A DNA stretch of 45,041 nucleotides from Phycisphaerae bacterium (GTDB lineage: Bacteria > Planctomycetota > Phycisphaerae > UBA1845 > Fen-1342), in assembly GCA_963675745.2 (NCBI GenBank), contig CAXXWX010000020.1:1-45041 (forward strand), in the 5' to 3' direction. Made by a program: the position numbers and the translations under genes. Position 1 is the stretch's first letter, and each line of letters begins with the position of its first letter. The notes below the pieces were generated by a model that saw nothing but the letters and a program-made list of their open reading frames with translations, ran no database searches and had not been told where the DNA came from. Below are positions 1 through 8,213 of this stretch, piece after piece.

Positions 1-958
1 CCACCGCACAGATCCAGCACGTACGGATCACTCAGGATCGTGTCCCAGACCAGCACGTCGTCCAGGTCGATGAAGCCGTCCTGCGTGACCTGGTCCAGGC
101 ACCACTTCGCGTGGCCGGTTCCCGCGATATCGAGCGTTTGACCATACTCGCCCAGCACATACAGGAAGTCCTCTTCGGCTACGCCGTTCGGCGGGCCGAA
201 GTCACCGCAGTCATCGGTGCTCGAGCAGACGATCTGCGGATCCCAGTTGTCGATCTGCACCACCGCGTCACTGCCGCGCAGCTTCAGCTCCACGTACGTC
301 CCCCGGCGGAAGTTCAAGCCATTACGCGGGAAGCGACCGAAGAACGTGGCGAACCGATTGCTGCCAACCGCACCGGGCAAACCGGGTTGGGCCGGGTACA
401 GCCGGGCGATCTCAACCAGGTTCTCGCTGACGTCGGGCGCGCCGCTGAGGTAGACGATCAGCACCGCGTTGGGATCTGGCGCCGCTGTGAAGCGGTAGTC
501 GAACGCCACGATGATCTGATCCTCGCCCGCCCGGGCGAAGGCGCCTTTCGCAGCCACCGAGCTGGCTGGCTGCGCATTCGGATCACGCGTGCGCATCTCC
601 ATGGCGTGGTTGTTGGGATCGTTGGGCAGCGGGACAGCTATGCGCTCGATCTGGCCCTCCAAGGGTGGATCCGGTGACGTCGGGTCGGGCTGCACGTCGT
701 TGGGATCACGCAAACGCCGGCGTACGCGGATGCGGAACTCGTCGTCATCCTCCATCGGAATGACCTTCAGCGAGAAGCCCAGCAGCGGCACGTCCACGAT
801 CCGGCTGCCGTTGGCCAGCAGACCATGCGGATTGTTGGGATCACGCACCAGCACCTGGTCGTTCTCGTCTACCAGGTCCTCGTAGTACAGCGTCTGCAAC
901 GCCGTGTTCAGAACGGCGCCCGGGTGCAGCTTCAGCGTGCGAACATAAACGGTCTCCG
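1..958 (-). CDS. Frameshifted continuation of beta-helix protein copy 1 (conserved C-terminal region, truncated by the window edge)
   Basis: Reverse complement aligns with 29980-30944. Copy 1 reads AACCACCGGAG where copy 2 reads AACCATCCGGAG (1-nt loss). After correction it reads PETVYVRTLKLHPGAVLNT...RDPNDVQPDPTSPDPPLEGQIER. Confidence 0.85.
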
Positions 959-3900
959 GTGGTTCGGGTCCTGTTGGAAGTCGAAGTGCTGGCGGTTGGT
1001 CAGGCTGAGCTTGCAGTCAGGCAGGATCTCCAGCGTCTTGAGTACCCAGTTCTCTGAGGGGTCGTCGGTGAAGCCGGGGCTGCCGATGGCCTGGAAAGCA
1101 CCTGAGGTGCAATCGGGGTTGTGGGGCCCGCCGCAGTCGTAGTCCTGAGCCCGCAATTCGAGCAGCTCGCCGCGCTCACCACCGGCGCCTTGTGTGATCA
1201 GCACGTGGATCGTGTTGTACTCCAGCGTCGGACGCTGGTCTTCCGGGACGTTCGGGTCGGGATCGAGGTCCAGGTAGCGGTCACCCTCGGAGACGATGTA
1301 GTTGCAGCGGATCAGCGAGTTACCCTCAACCCAGAACTCGCCGCCGAAGCCCTCGCTCGACTCCAGCAGGGAGATGTTGTTGTTGACGATGTCGTTGTGA
1401 CCCTCAAAGTCGGCCAGCTTGACATCAACGTTCGTGTTCTGGATCGTGGCATCGCGGACGACCAAGGCCCCCTCGATCGTGATCGTCCCCCACTGGTCGG
1501 CCTGGTTCGGATCGGCACAACCGCTGCCGGTGTGGCCGCTCAGGTCGACCGTCGCCCCCTGCTCGATCCGCAACTCCGCGTCTTCCTCGATCCAGATGTC
1601 ACCCTTGCCGCTGATGTCCGTGCGGAAGACGGTTGCTGGTGCATCAGCAGACTGAGCCACGAGCATCAGCGTACCATAGGCCAGGCTCAATTCGCCCGGA
1701 CCGGTGAACCAGCTCGACTCGACCAGCAGCTCACCAGTCTCCACCCGCAACCGGTCGGCCAGATACGCGTGGCTGGACACCATACGAGCAGCGCTTCCGT
1801 CCGGGGCGGCGTTGTTGCGCAATGTCATGTTGTGCAGCCCTGGCAAAGCATACGAGCACGCAAACCCACCCCCTGCACTGAACGCGGCGCTTTGTTCGAG
1901 CGCGCAGTTGCGCAACTGCACGCGGTTGGTGTTCAGGTTGACTGCGCCGCCCGTATCCGCAGCGCCATTACGAACGTCGAAACCGTCAAGGACCACGGTC
2001 GCCGTGCCCAGCGAGTTGGCCCCAACTGCCTGCCCCGTCCAGCCACAGTCGATCACAGTCGGGCCAGGCTGCTCGTAAGCGCGAACAGCAATTGATCGTT
2101 CGTGGAAGTCCAACTCGAAGTTGCCGGCGCCCGCGTACGTCCCAGCAGCGACGAGCACCGAGTCGCCACTCGCCGCGATGTCCAGAGCTGCCTGGATCGT
2201 CCGTTTGGGGCCGGTGTTTCCCCCGACGTAGAACGGAGAGGAGCCGTCCCACACATCGTCTCCACTGATCACGCTTACGTACAATACGCCACCCAGTGGA
2301 TTGCTGGCGTAAACGACGTACTCGTCATGGTTGGGCACCAGATCGCCATCGGAATCCGCCATCGAATCGGCCGCGGTCGCATCGCCATAGTGCTTTCGTT
2401 CCCACCAATCCGGTAGATCATCACCATCGCTGTCCAGGAACTCGTCGGCTCCCATGTCTACTTGTGCGCCGAGCAAGCGCGGATCGCCATCGATGTCGAA
2501 TGGGATTGGCTCAGTCACATCGCCGTTGCTATCGAGGTCGAGCCAGTCCGGCGGCAACGCGGCATCGCTGCCCGCATCAATGCACGGCGAATTGGCCATC
2601 ACATGCCCGTCGGGCGCGAGCAGCGGATCGACGTCGAGGCAGCCCTCACCGAACCATGGTTGGCCTGTGCCACCTTCGATGTTGCAGTATGCTGCCACCG
2701 GCGTGCCGCCGTATGCGTAGATTGCCTGCGGCGCGTTGCTCCAGACCACGCAGTTAGTCAGCGTCGGGCTGCTGACCCAGTAGCAGCAAAAGCCGCCGCC
2801 GTAGTAGGCCGAGTTCCCGCTGATCGTGCAGTTGATCAGTGTCGGGCTGCTGTAGGCGCAGCAGAAGCCGCCGCCGCCATCGTAGGCCGAGTTCCCACTG
2901 ATCGTGCAGTTGGTCAGCGTCGGGTTGCTGGCCCCGTCACAATATACGCCGCCGCCGTCGTCGTAGGCCGAGTTCCCGCTGATCGTGCAGTTGGTCAGCG
3001 TCGGGCTGCTATACGACTCGCAGTAGACTCCCCCGCCGTCGCGGGCCGAGTTCCCACTGATCGTGCAGTTGGTTAGTGTCGGAGTGCCGGCGTGGCAGAA
3101 GACGCCGCCACCGTAGTAGGCCGAGTGCCCGCTGATTGTGCAATTGGCCAGCGTCGGGCTGCTCCCGTAGCAGAAGACGGCGCCACCTGAGGCACTACCA
3201 TTCGTGATCATCAGGCCCTCGACGACCGAGTCCGTGCCCTCGCCACTGTGAAAGAAGAACCCGCGACCCTCTCCCTCGCAATCGATGACGCACGCGGCAG
3301 CGTCGCCCGATGCGCTGCGCACCGTGATGGCCTTCCCACGGAAGTCCAGGTCGCGGTTGCCGTCACCGGTGTAGGTGCCGTCGGCGATGACCACCTCATC
3401 GCCCTCGGACGGAAGGCATGCATCGATCGCAGCCTGGATCGTCGCCTTTGGGCCATGCTGCCCATCCCACACGGGCGCCAAACCGTCCCACGCATCATCT
3501 CCCAGAAGATTCACGTATAGCGTGCGATAAGCGACGAGTGGATCCGTGCCGCCCTCGTACTCCTCGAGATTGCTCCGACCGTCGCTATCGTCATCCACGA
3601 ACGGCTGGGCGATCAGCGGATCGCCAAAGTGAAGTTGCTCCCACCAGTCCGGCAGGCCGTCCACATCCGTATCCAGCCATTCGTCCGATCCCATATCCAC
3701 GCTGCCACCGATCGCGCGCGGCTCGCCGTCCCTGTCGGTCTGACCGCTGTAGTCGCCAGCAGGATCGGCGGCGCCGATGCAGGGCGAACCGCCCGTCAGG
3801 TGACCGTCAGGTGTCAGCAGCGGAGCGACGTCGACGCAGCCCTCGCCGAACCAGGGCTGGCCCGTGCCACCCTCGATGTTGCAGAACGCCGCAAACGGGA

Positions 3901-5935
3901 TGCCACCGTTCGCGTTGACGTAGACTGCCTGCGGTGCGTTGCTCCAGACCACGCAGTTTGTCAGCGTCGGGCTGCTCTCATAGCAGTAGACGCCGCCGCC
4001 GTAGGCGTAGGCCAAGTTCCCGCTGATCGTGCAGTTGGTCAGTGTCGGGCTGCTGTAGGCGCAGCAGATGCCGCCGCCGCCATCGTAGGCCGAGTTCCCG
4101 CTGATCGTGCAGTTGGTCAGCGTCGGGCTGCTGTACCAGTCACAGTAGACTCCGCCGCCGACGTTGTAGGCCGAGTTCTCGCTGATCTTGCAGTTGGTGA
4201 GCATCGGGCTGCTTCTGTAGCAGTAGACTCCGCCGCCATCGCGCCTGGCTGAGTTCCCCGTGATCGTGCAGTTGGCCAGGGTTGGGCTGCTGGCATAGCA
4301 GTAGACGCCGGCGCCGTCGTCGGCCGAGTTCCCACTGATCGTGCAGTTGGTCAGTGTCGGGCTGCCGGAGTAGCAGTAGACGCCGCCCCCGTCGTCGGCC
4401 GAGTTCCCGCTGATTGTGCAATTGGCCAGCGTCGGGCTGCTCCCGTAGCAGAAGACGGCGCCACCTGAGGCACTACCATTCGTGATCATCAGGCCCTCGA
4501 CGACCGAGTCCGTGCCCTCGCCACTGTGAAAGAAGAACCCGCGACCCTCTCCCTCGCAATCGATGACGCACGCGGCAGCGTCGCCCGATGCGCTGCGCAC
4601 CGTGATGGCCTTCCCACGGAAGTCCAGGTCGCGGTTGCCGTCACCGGTGTAGGTGCCGTCGGCGATGACCACCTCATCGCCCTCGGACGGAAGGCATGCA
4701 TCGATCGCAGCCTGGATCGTCGCCTTGGGGCCATGCTGGCCATCCCACACCGGCGCCAAACCGTCCCACGCATCGTCTCCCAGAAGATCCACATACAGCG
4801 TACGAGGACTGACGAGGGGGTCTGTGCCGCGCTCGTATTCCTCCAGATTGCTCCGACCGTCGCTATCGTCATCCACGAACGGCTCGGCGATCAGCGGATC
4901 GCCAAAGTGAAGTTGCTCCCACCAGTCCGGCAGGCCGTCCACGTCCGTATCCAGCCATTCGTCCGATCCCATATCCACGCTGCCGCCGATCGCGCGCGGC
5001 TCGCCGTCCCTGTCGGTCTGACCGCTGTAGTCGCCAGCAGGATCGGCGGCGCCGATGCAGGGTGAAACGACGGTCAGGTGACCATCAGGTGTCAGCAGCG
5101 GGTCAATGTCAAGGCAGCCGTCACCGAACCACGGCTGGCCCGTGCTACCCTCGATGTTGCAGTATGCCGCAAACGGATTGCCGCCGCTCGCGTAGACTGC
5201 CTGCGGTGCGTTGCTCCAGACCACGCAGTTTGTCAGCGTCGGGCTGCTGTACCAGTCGCAGTAGACGCCGCCCCCGTAGGCGTAGGCCGAGTTCCCGCTG
5301 ATCGTGCAGTTTGTCAGCGTCGGGGTGCTGCGGTTGCAGTAAACGCCGCCGCCGCGGCTGGCCAAGTTCCCACTGATCGTGCAATTGGTCAGCGTCGGGC
5401 TGCTGTACCAGTCGCAGTAGACGCCGCCCCCGTCGTCGGCCGAGTTCCCGCTCATCGTGCAATTGGCCAGCGTCGGGCTACTCCCGTAGCAGAAGACGGC
5501 GCCACCTGAGGCACTACCGTTCGTGATCATCAGGCCCTCGACGACCGAGTCCGTGCCCTCGCCACTGTGAAAGAAGAACCCGCGACCCTCTCCCTCGCAA
5601 TCGATGACGCACGCGGCAGCGTCGCCCGATGCGCTGCGCACCGTGATGGCCTTCCCACTGAAGTCCAGGTCGCGGTTGCCGTCACCGGTGTAGGCGCCAT
5701 CGGCGAGTTCGACGACGTCGTTCGGATCGGCGGCGTCGGTGGCTTCCTGGACCGCATCGAACGGATGTGCGGCCGAACCGTCCTCGTTCGGATCGCTGAT
5801 CAGCGAATCACCCGGCCCGGGGTCGTTCGGGGCGTCATCATCGACATACCACACGCCACCGAGTGCCACCCCAGCCGCCAGACCGCTCAGCCAGATCGCC
5901 ACGGCGTACCGCCATCTGTTTCGTCGTCCGGACAT
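932..5935 (-). CDS. Giant secreted right-handed parallel beta-helix (pectin-lyase-fold/Pmp-like) repeat protein, copy 1, N-terminal part (continues past a frameshift at ~958 to the window edge)
   Basis: Signal peptide MSGRRNRWRYAVAIWLSGLAAGVALG. Many GGGVYCxxxSSPTLTNCTISGNSA repeats, choice-of-anchor-Q-like SPCIxA...DMG motifs and DxDGLPDWWE repeats in three near-identical modules. RBS-like GAAGGTGG upstream. Confidence 0.9.
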   Translation of the reverse strand: MSGRRNRWRYAVAIWLSGLAAGVALGGVWYVDDDAPNDPGPGDSLISDPNEDGSAAHPFDAVQEATDAADPNDVVELADGAYTGDGNRDLDFSGKAITVRSASGDAAACVIDCEGEGRGFFFHSGEGTDSVVEGLMITNGSASGGAVFCYGSSPTLANCTMSGNSADDGGGVYCDWYSSPTLTNCTISGNLASRGGGVYCNRSTPTLTNCTISGNSAYAYGGGVYCDWYSSPTLTNCVVWSNAPQAVYASGGNPFAAYCNIEGSTGQPWFGDGCLDIDPLLTPDGHLTVVSPCIGAADPAGDYSGQTDRDGEPRAIGGSVDMGSDEWLDTDVDGLPDWWEQLHFGDPLIAEPFVDDDSDGRSNLEEYERGTDPLVSPRTLYVDLLGDDAWDGLAPVWDGQHGPKATIQAAIDACLPSEGDEVVIADGTYTGDGNRDLDFRGKAITVRSASGDAAACVIDCEGEGRGFFFHSGEGTDSVVEGLMITNGSASGGAVFCYGSSPTLANCTISGNSADDGGGVYCYSGSPTLTNCTISGNSADDGAGVYCYASSPTLANCTITGNSARRDGGGVYCYRSSPMLTNCKISENSAYNVGGGVYCDWYSSPTLTNCTISGNSAYDGGGGICCAYSSPTLTNCTISGNLAYAYGGGVYCYESSPTLTNCVVWSNAPQAVYVNANGGIPFAAFCNIEGGTGQPWFGEGCVDVAPLLTPDGHLTGGSPCIGAADPAGDYSGQTDRDGEPRAIGGSVDMGSDEWLDTDVDGLPDWWEQLHFGDPLIAQPFVDDDSDGRSNLEEYEGGTDPLVAYRTLYVNLLGDDAWDGLAPVWDGQHGPKATIQAAIDACLPSEGDEVVIADGTYTGDGNRDLDFRGKAITVRSASGDAAACVIDCEGEGRGFFFHSGEGTDSVVEGLMITNGSASGGAVFCYGSSPTLANCTISGHSAYYGGGVFCHAGTPTLTNCTISGNSARDGGGVYCESYSSPTLTNCTISGNSAYDDGGGVYCDGASNPTLTNCTISGNSAYDGGGGFCCAYSSPTLINCTISGNSAYYGGGFCCYWVSSPTLTNCVVWSNAPQAIYAYGGTPVAAYCNIEGGTGQPWFGEGCLDVDPLLAPDGHVMANSPCIDAGSDAALPPDWLDLDSNGDVTEPIPFDIDGDPRLLGAQVDMGADEFLDSDGDDLPDWWERKHYGDATAADSMADSDGDLVPNHDEYVVYASNPLGGVLYVSVISGDDVWDGSSPFYVGGNTGPKRTIQAALDIAASGDSVLVAAGTYAGAGNFELDFHERSIAVRAYEQPGPTVIDCGWTGQAVGANSLGTATVVLDGFDVRNGAADTGGAVNLNTNRVQLRNCALEQSAAFSAGGGFACSYALPGLHNMTLRNNAAPDGSAARMVSSHAYLADRLRVETGELLVESSWFTGPGELSLAYGTLMLVAQSADAPATVFRTDISGKGDIWIEEDAELRIEQGATVDLSGHTGSGCADPNQADQWGTITIEGALVVRDATIQNTNVDVKLADFEGHNDIVNNNISLLESSEGFGGEFWVEGNSLIRCNYIVSEGDRYLDLDPDPNVPEDQRPTLEYNTIHVLITQGAGGERGELLELRAQDYDCGGPHNPDCTSGAFQAIGSPGFTDDPSENWVLKTLEILPDCKLSLTNRQHFDFQQDPNHRRPFMFAR
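1026..1873. repeat. Left arm of a ~850-bp apparently identical inverted repeat (partner ~29068-29916)
   Basis: Both paralogues encode the identical peptide from GGGFACSYALPGLHNM to ENWVLKTLEI. No nucleotide differences seen by eye, whereas the flanks show synonymous differences. Confidence 0.88.
3125..5695. repeat. Intragenic tandem module duplications: ~3125-3975 matches ~4400-5247 (offset ~1278 nt), and ~4400-4650 matches ~5440-5695 (offset ~1041 nt)
   Basis: Near-identical DNA. GAAGACGGCGCCACCTGAGGCACTACC occurs at ~3173, ~4451 and ~5492. The peptide AITVRSASGDAAACVIDCEGEGRGFFFHSGEGTDSVVEGLMITNGSASGGAVFCYGSSPTLANCT occurs three times. Confidence 0.92.
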
Positions 5936-5985
5936 TGCCCACCTTCCTGCTTGCTTGGTCCTGGATCAGCTAAGCCTGTGGAAGC

Positions 5986-6027
5986 GACCACCACTGACGC
6001 GGCGCGGACCACCACTGACGCGGCGCG
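5986..6027. repeat. Perfect 21-bp tandem duplication GACCACCACTGACGCGGCGCG x2 in the leader of copy 1
   Basis: Read directly. Only one copy is present in the paralogous leader (~25670-25690). Confidence 0.92.
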
Positions 6028-6157
6028 ATGCACGCACCGACGTCCTATTGCAGACCGCCCCAGCGATCTTGCACCAATTGCCCCAGAATTCTCCAGCAAG
6101 CCAGCATGGACGACCATTGTGGCCACGGCTCCCCTAACCGGAGCGGTCTACACGTTC

Positions 6158-6187
6158 AATATACCCCCTCAGCGACTGGATCAGAAA
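6158..6187 (-). promoter_or_regulatory. Putative sigma70-type promoter of beta-helix gene copy 1 (TTTCTG-N18-TATATT)
   Basis: Positionally conserved with TTCCTG-N18-TATACT at 25508-25537 upstream of copy 2. Confidence 0.45.
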
Positions 6188-6348
6188 GGACAATGTCGCT
6201 GGCGCAGTCCACGCCCACACACCATCAACCGCCGCGGCTGGCACAGCCAATCAGGCACCGCGTTGCAAGTCATGCGTCGTCGCCTGTTTACGTAATCGCA
6301 CGGATTTCCCGCGAGTCCCCCGCCAGTCAGCAGAAACGTCGACGTTTT

Positions 6349-6376
6349 TGACGGTCATCTCCGGAGCCCGCCGCAG
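6349..6376 (+). promoter_or_regulatory. Putative ECF promoter TGACGG-N17-CGCAG upstream of the collagen-Kelch lipoprotein
   Basis: Exact match to a motif found five times intergenically, ~80 nt before ATG 6458. Confidence 0.7.
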
Positions 6377-6457
6377 TCTTATGCAAGCGCGTCGGCGAGC
6401 GACGCATGACGGCTTCACGATTGGCTGCCCGTGTGGGCCGGATCAAGGAGATTAAGA

Positions 6458-7888
6458 ATGGAGATGCTAATGACTGGGCGACCGCTGTTTGCACTTGGGG
6501 CGATTCGGCGTGTATCTGTGTCCGGCATCGTGCTGGCTGCGTACATGGGGCTGGTTGGTTGCATATCAGTCGACGAAGCCCCCGTTACGGGTGACGACTC
6601 CAGCATGGCGGCCAAGATCACCACCGGGCCAGCAGGAGAAAAGGGTGAACCGGGCCAACAAGGACCACCCGGCGAGGAGGGCCCACAGGGACCGACGGGC
6701 GAGGACGGACCAATCGGTCTGGCCGGCCCGGCGGGGCCAAAGGGTGATACCGGCCCGCAGGGTCTACCCGGCGTTGCAGGGCCAGAGGGGGCCAAGGGTG
6801 ACACCGGGCCCGAAGGGGTGGCCGGTGCGGCGGGGCCGACCGGACCGCAGGGCGCCGTTGGCCCAGTGGGCCCGGCGGGGGCACCTGGTGAGCCGGGGGA
6901 GGACGCTACCGTCCCACCAGGTACACTGATTATGTCGCTCTCGCCGGAGCCGCCGGACGGCTATGCAGCGACGGGCCTGCTCGTTGAAAGCGATGACTAC
7001 TGGACACAGCGCCCGGCGATGCCGACCGTACGCTGGGACCCGGCTGTGACCGCGGTTGGCGGAACCGTCTATGCCATCGGCGGCGGAAACTGGCTGTCAG
7101 GTGCCCTGCGGCACGTTGAGGCCTTCGATTCGGCAACCGGCGTCTGGTCGACGCTCGCTGCCATGCCAACCGGACGGGCTGAGTTCGGTGTCGCGGAACT
7201 GGATGGAAAGATCATCGCAGTCGGCGGCCTGCGCCCGTTTGACGAGATCCTCGATACCGCCGAGCGGTACGATCCGAGCACGGACGCATGGACCGATCTA
7301 GCGCCGCTCACGGTGGCACGTTGTGGCCTGGGTGCAGCGAGCATGGACGGACTGGTCTACGCAGTCGGCGGCCTGGATTGGATGGGTTGGACGGTCGATA
7401 CCTTGGAGGCGTATGACCCGGCGCTGAACCGCTGGGAGCCTAAGGCACCTATGCCGACGCCGCGCATGGGGTTGGTGCTGGTTCCGCTGAACGGCCGGCT
7501 CTACGCCATTGGCGGCTACGATCTGGACAGCGGCTTATGGGCCTGCGACGTCGTCGAGGCGTATAACCCGGTCAACAACACGTGGTCGTTGCGGAGCCCG
7601 TTGCCGATCCCGCTGGCGGACTCCGGTGCGGCGGTCGTGGACGGCAAGATCTACGTGTTTGGCGGCGACGATGGAGACTCGATTAGAGGTGAGGTCTTCA
7701 TCTATGACCCCATCGCGGATGAGTGGGCGGAAGGCGAGCCGATGTTGACGCCTCGGGTGGGACTCGGTGCCACCGCCGTCGGCACGCGGATTTTCGCGAT
7801 CGGCGGGGCAGACAGCTTCGCAGAACCGGTTGACACTGTTGAGGAATACGACCCGGCACTGAGTTTCCATGTGTTCATAAAGGAGTAA
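6458..7888 (+). CDS. Lipoprotein with a collagen-like stalk (31 G-X-Y triplets) and a 6-bladed Kelch beta-propeller
   Basis: RBS AAGGAG 7 nt before ATG 6458, lipobox LVGC, uninterrupted GXY run, six Kelch repeats (xYAIGG...VEAYDP...W). Confidence 0.9.
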   Translation: MEMLMTGRPLFALGAIRRVSVSGIVLAAYMGLVGCISVDEAPVTGDDSSMAAKITTGPAGEKGEPGQQGPPGEEGPQGPTGEDGPIGLAGPAGPKGDTGPQGLPGVAGPEGAKGDTGPEGVAGAAGPTGPQGAVGPVGPAGAPGEPGEDATVPPGTLIMSLSPEPPDGYAATGLLVESDDYWTQRPAMPTVRWDPAVTAVGGTVYAIGGGNWLSGALRHVEAFDSATGVWSTLAAMPTGRAEFGVAELDGKIIAVGGLRPFDEILDTAERYDPSTDAWTDLAPLTVARCGLGAASMDGLVYAVGGLDWMGWTVDTLEAYDPALNRWEPKAPMPTPRMGLVLVPLNGRLYAIGGYDLDSGLWACDVVEAYNPVNNTWSLRSPLPIPLADSGAAVVDGKIYVFGGDDGDSIRGEVFIYDPIADEWAEGEPMLTPRVGLGATAVGTRIFAIGGADSFAEPVDTVEEYDPALSFHVFIKE

Positions 7889-8041
7889 GGCGCCTGGCCG
7901 TGCCAAGCAACGACCGCCCCCCGAGTCAGCCGTTGGCGTGCGGAGGTTAGATACCCTGCCGAACACCGCCACCCGCCCAAGCTGGATTGGGCGGTCGGGC
8001 AAGCCCCAAACAGAACGACCACGGAGGCTAACCACGCATTA

Positions 8042-8080
8042 AGCGGAGCGGAGCCGGCTCCAACCCGGCTTCGCTCTGCT
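8042..8080 (+). terminator. 16-bp stem hairpin between convergent genes (possible terminator or processing structure)
   Basis: AGCGGAGCGGAGCCGG-7 nt-CCGGCTTCGCTCTGCT pairs fully, with two G-U pairs, on the + strand. No U-tract. Confidence 0.45.
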
Positions 8081-8110
8081 CGTGCATGCGCGGGCGGCGG
8101 GCTTGCCGCT

Positions 8111-8191
8111 AGAGCGGTTTCACTATTGGTTGGGTGCCACTGGCGGCTTGTCCGCCAGTGGCACCCATCGGAGCGTTAATGAAAGCGCTCT
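8111..8191. repeat. REP/MITE-like palindromic element
   Basis: Outer inverted repeat AGAGCGGTTTCA/TGAAAGCGCTCT (1 mismatch) encloses the perfect 16-bp stem TGGGTGCCACTGGCGG-CTTGT-CCGCCAGTGGCACCCA. Confidence 0.7.
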
Positions 8192-8213
8192 GGTTGCAAG
8201 CCGCGTGTGCGCG

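Noticed and set aside
932..5935. Diversity-generating retroelement (near-identical repeats with variable positions)
   Set aside because: No reverse transcriptase or accessory gene in the window. The repeats are in-frame coding modules and I saw no adenine-specific mismatch pattern.
8025..8095. Integron attC site (GGCTAAC followed by a hairpin), and a similar GCCTAAC on the minus strand near 43540
   Set aside because: No matching GTTRRRY end at the proper distance, no integron integrase, and the 43540 candidate is too short and lies inside a coding tail.
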